18,100 bases of DNA from an uncultured Eubacteriales bacterium (GCA_964520895.1 CAZFOR010000023.1:1-18100); one strand, 5' to 3'. Counted from the stretch's first letter, positions 8,813-15,748 are shown. The notes: generated by a model not told the origin, from the sequence alone. A program made the numbers and translations.

Positions 8813-9066
8813 AATAAATTCCCCCTTAACTAATATTAATCATATTAAAATACACTAAAATTAGTCCGATGACGCCGTACAACCACGCCGATAATCTTCA
8901 TTCCTATTGTTGCGTTATTTATATCACCTTTTGGAAAGGTTTTTTTAACAAATTTTCTTGCAGAAAATATCATATTTACTCCTAATAGTAAAATGGTAAA
9001 TCCTAATATTAATAAAATATACTGTAATTTCACTTTAATCTCTCCTAACTAAAATTTTACCAATAA
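8813..9066 (-). promoter_or_regulatory. valS 5' leader (about 250 nt), nature unresolved
   Basis: Long untranslated gap between a good sigma-A promoter and the valS SD. It contains small hairpins (ACCTTT-CCA-AAAGGT; TTTTCT-GCA-AGAAAA) and a GC-rich island at 8865-8892. I could not recognise a canonical T-box sequence. Confidence 0.5.
8845..9033 (-). CDS. possible 62-aa small membrane protein inside the valS leader (alternative reading of that leader)
   Basis: GTG start at 9033 lies 7 nt after AGGAGA, and there is a clear N-terminal TM helix (YILLILGFTILLLGVNMIF). The C-terminal part uses CGG, CGT and CGG Arg codons, which look atypical for this AT-rich genome and argue against coding. Confidence 0.3.
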   Translation of the reverse strand: MKLQYILLILGFTILLLGVNMIFSARKFVKKTFPKGDINNATIGMKIIGVVVRRHRTNFSVF

Positions 9067-9094
9067 AGTATATCACAAAATACAATATTTTCAA
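9067..9094 (-). promoter_or_regulatory. sigma-A type promoter for the valS leader/operon
   Basis: On the minus strand: TTGAAA (9094..9089), a 16-nt spacer ending in TGA, then TATACT (9072..9067), i.e. an extended -10. Confidence 0.55.
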
Positions 9095-9166
9095 ACATTA
9101 TATACAAATTTTTTTATATCAATTTCAAATAATTAATCTATTTTATGTTTTTTAAAAATTAAACAT

Positions 9167-9191
9167 AAAAAAAGAGGTGATTTCTCACCTC
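9167..9191 (-). terminator. rho-independent terminator of the ABC gene
   Basis: Minus-strand GAGGTGA-GAAA-TCACCTC followed by T7, starting 10 nt after the stop at 9201. Confidence 0.8.
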
Positions 9192-9200
9192 CCCGAAAAC

Positions 9201-10889
9201 CTAACTAATAACAGTCTTGACTTCCGTAATAGTATTAAAGTCAATTGTGTCATCAATTAAATCTTCTACCCAAGAATACTGATGTGTCGCAAGCATTACG
9301 AAACGCTGTTTGTCTGAGTTACAATAATCTTTTATGAATTTAACTATTTTAACTCCTGTTTCTCTATCAACGTTTCCAATTGGCTCATCAAATAGAAGTA
9401 AATCAACAGATTCATCTAATTGATAAAGCACCCTTGCCAGCAGTACCCTTTGGTCTAAACCAGTACTCAAATCAGTTTTATACGAATTTTTTAAATAACT
9501 AATTAAGTCCTGATTGCTTGTATTTGCCTTCATTGAAAAATTTTCGTAAAGACAAACACCTTTTAAAATATCAACTAACTTTTCTTCATCCTCCTCTGTT
9601 GCTAGTGTAATTTCATCGTAGAGGCTTTTTGTACCTAATCTAGCCTCTTTGAAATACTTTATGGCAGAAATGTTATACCCAATATCTCCTATTTCTCCAA
9701 CAAGTAAATCTATTAATGTCGACTTTCCTGCACCACTTTTACCATTAAGAAGAGTTAAGTTACCTTTTTTAATAGTAATTTCTTTGCTATTTTCTAAAGA
9801 AAAATTCGAGTATTTATGCTCAAACTTACTGATAACTAATGTGTCATCTTTTATTTCCTTTAATCTTTTCTCCACTTCATCATTGTATTCATTCATAATA
9901 AGTGAAAAGTTTACATACTTCTCATCTAATTCTATCTTTGACTTTACCAAATTAGAAAATAATTTTATGAATGAACTAACACTTGATAACACTCTACTAT
10001 ATATAGTAGAAATTGCAACTATGGACAAAAACTCGCCTGGTGTAAATTGACCAATACCTTTCTCAAAAAATGAAATTAATACCACTGCTATGATACTAAT
10101 TGATAGCATCATAGATTCAATAAAATTATTTTTTGAGTGTGCCTTAAAGAACTTAAAATTGATAATTAGAAAACGCTTATTTGAGCTACAGAAATTTTCA
10201 GCCATATAATTTTGATGTACATTGTTTATAGGTTCAATTTGCAATAAATCTTGTGTCGCATTGTTCAAAATAGTTCTTTCATTTTCCCTTTCTTTAGAGG
10301 TTTTACTAGCCTTTTTACAATTATCGTATGATAGCATTATAGTCATTAAAACACAAATGACAATAACAATAAATAGCAATGAAGAATTTTCTACTTTACT
10401 AATTGATACTTTCATTAAGCCAATAAAAGATATACAAAATACAATTGCATTAATAATAAAATTTAAAATTCCAATTATCATTTTGTAGTAATCCTCCAAA
10501 TAGACTTTTAGCACATTAAGTATATTTGCTGTACTAAAAACTATTCCGTCTTTATCCTTTACTTTTCTTCTTGTCTTTGATAAAACTCTTATTGCCTTAC
10601 TATTAATGTCATTATCTTTTTCAATTCCTGATTTATTTGCTAGTTTTTCAGTTGATAAAGATAAAAAATCAGTAATAACATCCTGAAGTAAATACACTCC
10701 AAACAAGATTAGACCCAAAATAACATTTCCTGCATTTATTTGCTCAGTTGCTCCATTTAGCAAAAAAACAAACAACTGCCTAACTAATGATGATAAACCT
10801 CCTAATACTAATAAAATAAGTTGATACTTTTTTAACTCTCTTGACATTTTCAAAACGTCATCTTTGCCGGCCGAGAAAAACTTTCTCAT
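9201..10889 (-). CDS. ABC half-transporter (fused permease + ATP-binding domain), divergent
   Basis: 562 aa. The N-terminal half has about 6 hydrophobic helices. The NBD has Walker A GKSGAGKST, signature-like LSTGLDQR, Walker B LLLFDEP and H-loop LATHQ. SD AAAGGAGG precedes the ATG at 10889. Confidence 0.85.
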   Translation of the reverse strand: MRKFFSAGKDDVLKMSRELKKYQLILLVLGGLSSLVRQLFVFLLNGATEQINAGNVILGLILFGVYLLQDVITDFLSLSTEKLANKSGIEKDNDINSKAIRVLSKTRRKVKDKDGIVFSTANILNVLKVYLEDYYKMIIGILNFIINAIVFCISFIGLMKVSISKVENSSLLFIVIVICVLMTIMLSYDNCKKASKTSKERENERTILNNATQDLLQIEPINNVHQNYMAENFCSSNKRFLIINFKFFKAHSKNNFIESMMLSISIIAVVLISFFEKGIGQFTPGEFLSIVAISTIYSRVLSSVSSFIKLFSNLVKSKIELDEKYVNFSLIMNEYNDEVEKRLKEIKDDTLVISKFEHKYSNFSLENSKEITIKKGNLTLLNGKSGAGKSTLIDLLVGEIGDIGYNISAIKYFKEARLGTKSLYDEITLATEEDEEKLVDILKGVCLYENFSMKANTSNQDLISYLKNSYKTDLSTGLDQRVLLARVLYQLDESVDLLLFDEPIGNVDRETGVKIVKFIKDYCNSDKQRFVMLATHQYSWVEDLIDDTIDFNTITEVKTVIS

Positions 10890-10926
10890 TTAAATGCCTC
10901 CTTTAAAATTATTTGTTTACATAATT

Positions 10927-10955
10927 ATTGTATCATTTATTTATAGCTTTTGCAA
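10927..10955 (-). promoter_or_regulatory. sigma-A type promoter of the ABC gene
   Basis: Minus strand: TTGCAA (10955..10950), 17-nt spacer ending TGA, then TACAAT (10932..10927). Confidence 0.6.
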
Positions 10956-10987
10956 TTATATGGTCACTATTTTAGTATAAGTAGTCA

Positions 10988-11040
10988 AAAAAAATAGACA
11001 AAAGTACAAATCATACTTTCATCTATTTGATATTATTATA
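10988..11040 (-). repeat. 53-bp direct repeat copy 1 (contains a terminator hairpin downstream of the ATPase gene)
   Basis: Matches 12388..12440 at 52 of 53 positions. On the minus strand the stem AAATAGA..AAAGTA / TACTTT..TCTATTT is followed by a T-run (plus-strand A8 at 10986-10993). The only mismatch (11006 C versus 12406 T) is in the hairpin loop. Confidence 0.85.
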
Positions 11041-11162
11041 TATTCACCTAGTTATTAGTAAAAAGATTATCTTCTAATAAAAAATCAATAATATTTTTAT
11101 GAATAATCCCATTTTGGCTATAATTTATTTTATCCATTGTTATAACATATTTAGGATAATTA

Positions 11163-12266
11163 TCATCTATTCCGCTTGTATGCTCCAAACTCTCTTTTAA
11201 TTACATCATCACTAGATAAGTAATCTGCAACTTGTATATATATCCTTTCACCAAAATTATCTATTATAAAATCTATTTCTCCTTTATCTGTCTTACCTAT
11301 ATATACTTCATATCCTCTAGCTATTAATTCATTATATACTATATTTTCTAATCTTCCTCCTGTTTTTTTCTCAACTGGAGATTTTTTTAATTGTAACAAA
11401 CCTAAATCTGTTAAATAATATTTTTCTAATGTAGCCATTACATTCTTTCCACGTATATCATATCTATTTACTTTATTTATGATAAGAGAATTATTTATAT
11501 ATCCAATATAATTTAAAATTGTATCTGCAGTAGTTGATATTTTTTCACTTTTTAAATATTTTGTTATTGAATTAGCAGAAATAACACCACCTATATTTTC
11601 CATAATAAACTGTATTATTCTATTTAAAAGGTTTATATCTTTTATTTTACTTCTTTCAACTATATCAACTAAGATTATTGTATTATATAAATCTTTTAAG
11701 TATAATTTTCTTTCTTGATTACTTTGTGTATTAAATATTTGTGGCATTCCACCCCACTGAATATATTCTAAAAACTCCTTATCTTTATCTAACAATTCCC
11801 CTTTTTCTTTTTCTAATTCTAAAAACTCCTTAAAAGTAAATGGCATCATTTTAATACTAATATATCTGCCAGATAAATGTGTTGCAAGTTCTCCTGATAA
11901 TAATTTACTATTAGAACCAGTAATAAATATACTTGCATTTAATGTAGCCCTAAATGAATTTACTACTTTTTCAAATTCATTTACATTTTGTATTTCATCA
12001 AAAAATAAATAGTATTTTTTTTCATCTTTTATAAGTGATTTAATGTAACTATGAAATTTCTTTGGCTCAGTATAATCTATATAATCATAATCTTCAAAAT
12101 TGATATAAATTATATGACTATCTTGTATTCCTTTCTCTTTTAATTCATTAATTATTTGATTTAATAAAACTGATTTTCCTGAACGCCTTACTCCTACGAT
12201 TACTTTAATTAACTCACTATCAAAAAACGGTCTTATTTTACTTAAATACATTTCTCTCTTAATCAT
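11163..12266 (-). CDS. AAA_14 / DUF4143 family ATPase
   Basis: The ORF track gives 11163..12413. I prefer the ATG at 12266 (MIKREMYLSKIRPFF), which has SD AGGAG. Motifs: Walker A GVRRSGKS, Walker B YYLFFDEIQ, a YYLTDLGLL-type DUF4143 motif, and a C-terminal GEIDFII segment. Confidence 0.85.
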   Translation of the reverse strand: MIKREMYLSKIRPFFDSELIKVIVGVRRSGKSVLLNQIINELKEKGIQDSHIIYINFEDYDYIDYTEPKKFHSYIKSLIKDEKKYYLFFDEIQNVNEFEKVVNSFRATLNASIFITGSNSKLLSGELATHLSGRYISIKMMPFTFKEFLELEKEKGELLDKDKEFLEYIQWGGMPQIFNTQSNQERKLYLKDLYNTIILVDIVERSKIKDINLLNRIIQFIMENIGGVISANSITKYLKSEKISTTADTILNYIGYINNSLIINKVNRYDIRGKNVMATLEKYYLTDLGLLQLKKSPVEKKTGGRLENIVYNELIARGYEVYIGKTDKGEIDFIIDNFGERIYIQVADYLSSDDVIKREFGAYKRNR

Positions 12267-12287
12267 ACTATTCAGCTCCTTTAATAT

Positions 12288-12316
12288 ATAATAACATATA
12301 TTATATATTATGTCAA
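12288..12316 (-). promoter_or_regulatory. sigma-A type promoter of the ATPase gene
   Basis: Minus strand: TTGACA (12316..12311), 17-nt spacer ending TGT, then TATTAT (12293..12288). Confidence 0.55.
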
Positions 12317-12387
12317 ACTTTTTCCATTTATACTCGAAAAATTTTTGGTTTTTTATTTTTTTTCGAGTTAGTAAATATTTCGTGTGT

Positions 12388-12440
12388 AAAAAATAGACAA
12401 AAGTATAAATCATACTTTCATCTATTTGATATTATTATAT
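12388..12440 (-). repeat. 53-bp direct repeat copy 2 (terminator hairpin of the PP-loop gene)
   Basis: Same sequence as 10988..11040, offset by exactly 1400 bp. It starts 12 nt after the stop at 12452. The hairpin plus T-run reads on the minus strand. Confidence 0.85.
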
Positions 12441-12451
12441 CCATATTTAGC

Positions 12452-13840
12452 CTATCTATGCATCGTATATTTCTTTTTTAATACTTCTAAATAAATATCA
12501 GGTACTAAGTTTTCATTATTAAAATATGTATCATAATTTTCATTTACAACATAATTTTGTATATAATCATAATATTTAGAAACTAATATTGGTAAAGCTT
12601 TTATATCATTACTACTTATATATTTTTTAAGTGCATAAATAATCTCATCTTTTGTTCCAACACATTCAAAAGGTTTTTCTATTTCTAGCCCTATTAATTT
12701 TCTAAACTCTAATTCTAATTGTATATCCTCTAACATATTTTTATTAAATATTTCATTTAATTTATCTTTTTGTAAAAATGGTGAAAGTAAAATATATACA
12801 AATACACATTTCGGACATTTCCCACACCAAATATTTTGCTTTATACCTGCATTACAACTTCTAAATATATTTAAATATTTATCATATTTTACTAATTGTT
12901 TTGTGATTTGATACTCACTAATTGGTCTTAATAAACTAAAATATTTAATTTTATCAGTAAAATATTTACTAGTATAATCATTAAAGTCTTGTTCAAATTC
13001 AAAACTTTTTGAATATTGATGGTTTATATTTGTACCTTCAATATTTCCTTCATTACTACTAGATTCATTTGATAAAACAATATATTCTTTACCAAGCAAT
13101 ATTGCTGATAAAAAACTTACAAAAGCTATCATACTAGATATTGGAACATGACCATTTATATATCCTTTTTCATTTAACTCAAATAACTTAGTATCTAAAT
13201 TTCTATCTACCTCAAATGTATCTTTCTCATCAAATCCAGCTACTTTGCATGTATCATATGATGCCTGTCTTTTATGATAAAACATAAACGGAGTGTTTTC
13301 ATATTGTTTTAATAATTCTAATGTAACAATACTATCTTTTCCACCACCTATTGGTATTAAGTTTCCGTTATATTCATATTTATTAAAATCAATATTATTG
13401 AAGCTGCCTTTTAACTCTTTATTTGATATTATTGATATAAAATCATCTATTTCTATATGTTCAAATCCATTTAAATATCTTAATTCACCTAATCCGTTAT
13501 ATATAAGTTTTTGCCACCATTTTGTTTGATAATCATCTAAATATCCACATTCAACATTAAATACCTTGCTACATGTTGTTTTATAGTAACTTATTGCCTC
13601 TGCAATTCCTATATTAAAAATACACATCTTAGATATATCTGAATATATATCAACCATAAAACCTTTTTGTATTTTGTTAATATATATTTTATTATTAAAT
13701 TCAATTTTATTATCCAATGAATATATAAATACTATTTCATATTTATTATCTAACTCGTTAATTATATAGTCTTTATATATAAACTCTTTATATTCACTTC
13801 TTAAATTATTAAACTTTTCTAAATTATTTATTTTATCCAT
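12452..13840 (-). CDS. uncharacterised PP-loop (adenine nucleotide alpha-hydrolase superfamily) ATPase with 4-Cys cluster
   Basis: The ORF track starts at a TTG at 13855. I prefer the ATG at 13840 (MDKINNLEKF), which has SD GAAAGGA. GGGKDS is encoded at 13331..13348. C-x9-C-x2-C-x2-C (CNAGIKQNIWCGKCPKC) is encoded at 12806..12856. Confidence 0.8.
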   Translation of the reverse strand: MDKINNLEKFNNLRSEYKEFIYKDYIINELDNKYEIVFIYSLDNKIEFNNKIYINKIQKGFMVDIYSDISKMCIFNIGIAEAISYYKTTCSKVFNVECGYLDDYQTKWWQKLIYNGLGELRYLNGFEHIEIDDFISIISNKELKGSFNNIDFNKYEYNGNLIPIGGGKDSIVTLELLKQYENTPFMFYHKRQASYDTCKVAGFDEKDTFEVDRNLDTKLFELNEKGYINGHVPISSMIAFVSFLSAILLGKEYIVLSNESSSNEGNIEGTNINHQYSKSFEFEQDFNDYTSKYFTDKIKYFSLLRPISEYQITKQLVKYDKYLNIFRSCNAGIKQNIWCGKCPKCVFVYILLSPFLQKDKLNEIFNKNMLEDIQLELEFRKLIGLEIEKPFECVGTKDEIIYALKKYISSNDIKALPILVSKYYDYIQNYVVNENYDTYFNNENLVPDIYLEVLKKKYTMHR

Positions 13841-13890
13841 AATATATCCTTTCAATTATATATAATATATATTTATTTTCTATTTAATAT

Positions 13891-13918
13891 ATTATCACAA
13901 AAAAATACTAAAGTACAA
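13891..13918 (-). promoter_or_regulatory. candidate sigma-A promoter of the PP-loop gene
   Basis: Minus strand: TTGTAC (13918..13913), 16-nt spacer, then TGTGATAAT with GATAAT at 13896..13891. Confidence 0.4.
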
Positions 13919-13955
13919 TAAAAAAGAGAATTTTAATAAAATCAAATTCTCTTTT
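13919..13955 (-). terminator. rho-independent terminator of the spoIIA operon
   Basis: Minus-strand AGAGAATTT - 10-nt loop - AAATTCTCT followed by a T-run, 10 nt after the sigF stop. Confidence 0.7.
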
Positions 13956-13962
13956 CAGGTTA

Positions 13963-14676
13963 CTATATTTTTTGTTTAAAATCTTCTAATATTTTTTTTT
14001 CTATTCTACTAACTTGTACTTGAGATATTCCTAGAATCTTGCTTATCTCAGTTTGAGTTTTCTGCCTATAATATCTAAGCAATATTATTTGTTTATCTCT
14101 ATCATTCAAATTATTTATCATATTTTTAACTAAAATAGTATTTGTAGACACTTCTTGTTCATCAATATTTGTTGATAACATATCTAAAACAGTATTATTA
14201 TCCTCATCATTACCTATTGTATTTTCAATATATTCAGGCTTATAGTTGCATTCCATAGCTTCTATTATATCATCAATAGGAACTTCTAATTGTTTTGATA
14301 ATTCACTAATTGTAATTTCTTTACCATATTGATTCAAATACCTTTGTTTACAATCATATATTTTATAACTTAATTCTTTTATACTTCTACTGACTTTAAT
14401 AATTCCGTCATCTCGTATAAACCTTTTTATTTCTCCCATTATAACTGGAACTAAATAGGTTGATAATTTAGTATTAAAATCAAAATTAAAATTTCTTATA
14501 CCTTTTATAAACCCTTCACAACCTATTTGAAACAAATCTTCTTTTTCATAATCTCTATTACTAAATTTTTTTACTATATTCCATACTAATTTTATATTTT
14601 CATCTAATAGTTTTGACATTGCTTCTTTATTTCCATTTTGTGCTTTTAGAATAGTCAATCTTAAATCTCTAGTCAT
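13963..14676 (-). CDS. sigF: sporulation sigma factor F
   Basis: 237 aa. Region 2 (DLFQIGCEGFIKGIRNF, STYLVPVIMGEIKRFIRDDGIIKVSRS) and region 4 (ISQVQVSRIEKKIL) closely match B. subtilis SigF. The gene is third in the spoIIAA-spoIIAB-sigF order. Confidence 0.92.
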   Translation of the reverse strand: MTRDLRLTILKAQNGNKEAMSKLLDENIKLVWNIVKKFSNRDYEKEDLFQIGCEGFIKGIRNFNFDFNTKLSTYLVPVIMGEIKRFIRDDGIIKVSRSIKELSYKIYDCKQRYLNQYGKEITISELSKQLEVPIDDIIEAMECNYKPEYIENTIGNDEDNNTVLDMLSTNIDEQEVSTNTILVKNMINNLNDRDKQIILLRYYRQKTQTEISKILGISQVQVSRIEKKILEDFKQKI

Positions 14677-14720
14677 GCCAAAATCTCCTCTTTTGTAAAA
14701 TTTATTTAATTAAATATGTA

Positions 14721-15146
14721 TTACTCTTTTTGTGATATTTTCTTTTTCATAATTACTTTTGTACCTAGTTTTAAATTAGATTCAATTTCTAATTCATCCA
14801 TAAAGCTCTCCATTATTGTAAATCCCATACCAGATCTTTCTAAGTCAGGTTTTGATGTGTATAATGCTTGTCTTGCTAAATTAATATTTTCAATTCCTTT
14901 ACCTTTATCTGATATTTCAATTTCAATTGTTTTATCAATTATTTTACATACAATAGTTATAACACCTTCCATGTTTTCATATCCATGTATTATTGAGTTT
15001 GTTACAGCTTCTGATACAGCAGTTTTTATATCAGCCATTTGATCAATAGTAGGATCTAATTGTGCTGCAAATGCTGAAACTGCAATTCTTGCAAATGATT
15101 CATTATTTGATTTACTTAAAAATTCTAGTTTCATTATATTTTCCAT
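14721..15146 (-). CDS. spoIIAB: anti-sigma F factor (serine protein kinase)
   Basis: 141 aa GHKL ATPase with N-box [15 protein letters not shown]1 DKGKGI and G2 SGMGFT. The ATG lies 2 nt after the spoIIAA stop. Confidence 0.92.
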   Translation of the reverse strand: MENIMKLEFLSKSNNESFARIAVSAFAAQLDPTIDQMADIKTAVSEAVTNSIIHGYENMEGVITIVCKIIDKTIEIEISDKGKGIENINLARQALYTSKPDLERSGMGFTIMESFMDELEIESNLKLGTKVIMKKKISQKE

Positions 15147-15148
15147 TT

Positions 15149-15494
15149 TTACCCCCTTACACTGCTTAATATTGCATCATCTTCGTTTTGATATAAATCA
15201 ATAATCTTAAATATACCTGACATTTCAAATATTCTTTTAACATTATCATTAACATTTATCAAACATAACTTACCATTGTTTCTAATTATATTTTTATATC
15301 TCCCGAAGTATCATTCCTATTCCTGAACTATCCATAAATTCCACTTGTTGTAAATCAAAGATTAATTTCTTAGGTTTGTATTTATTAATTTCAAAATCAC
15401 TCCTTCTTTTAATATACTCACAACTATGATGATCAATGTCATCTAACAACTTAATTATAATTATATTACTAGCCTTGTCCATTTTTATTTCCAT
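15149..15494 (-). pseudogene. spoIIAA: anti-sigma F factor antagonist, disrupted by a 1-nt insertion (or sequencing error)
   Basis: Frame A (15494..15294) gives MEIK...FMDSSGIGMILREI*. The next frame continues as [51 protein letters not shown] and ends at 15149. B. subtilis SpoIIAA reads FMDSSGLGVILGRYKQIK, so one extra base near 15305 breaks the gene. Confidence 0.8.
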
Positions 15495-15719
15495 GCTTTT
15501 CCCCCTCTCTCATACATACTAAATACAATCTTTCTATATCTATTCCTTCATAGAAAAATGTTATATTTTGTAATAAATATGACATAATATGATAAATAAT
15601 TATGTCATTCAAGATATTTCTATTTGGTTCCACAAAACTGATAATTATGGTACTTTATATTTAAATTTAAAAAATATTTAAGAAAATTAAATCAATTTTA
15701 TATTAAAACTTGTATTTAT

Positions 15720-15748
15720 TTTTTATTTATGCTAAAATAGTATGGCAA
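15720..15748 (+). promoter_or_regulatory. sigma-A type promoter of rpmB
   Basis: TTGTAT (15720..15725), 17-nt spacer ending TGC, then TAAAAT (15743..15748). SD AAGGAGG precedes the ATG at 15777. Confidence 0.6.

Noticed and set aside
8865-8892. Calling the GC-rich island a bona fide T-box antiterminator
   Set aside because: The sequence GGCGUGGUUGUACGGCG only loosely resembles GGGUGGUACCGCG. I could not build the antiterminator/terminator alternative helices or a Stem I with specifier loop. It is reported as an open question, not as a T-box feature.
9141-9170. AT-only inverted repeat TTTTATGTTT-N10-AAACATAAAA
   Set aside because: It consists purely of A/T and overlaps the T-run of the ABC terminator. 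Such palindromes are expected by chance here, and no functional inference is justified.
9649-10488. Plus-strand ORFs 9649..10050 and 10222..10488
   Set aside because: They are antisense to the ABC transporter gene, and their translations are low-complexity.
11047-11136. 29-aa minus-strand ORF MDKINYSQNGIIHKNIIDFLLEDNLFTNN, sharing its first 15 nt (ATGGATAAAATAAAT) with the PP-loop gene start
   Set aside because: It is too short and has no SD. A 15-nt A/T-only match is plausible by chance in this composition. I could not extend the similarity on either side, so it does not support a duplicated gene fragment.
12267-12413. 49-aa N-terminal extension of the ATPase ORF
   Set aside because: The extension runs through the predicted promoter and the inverted repeat. 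The ATG at 12266 has an AGGAG SD and matches the usual start of AAA_14 proteins (M..R..YL..I).
13293-15042. Plus-strand ORFs 13293..13529 and 14716..15042
   Set aside because: They are antisense to the PP-loop gene and spoIIAB respectively, with no independent support.
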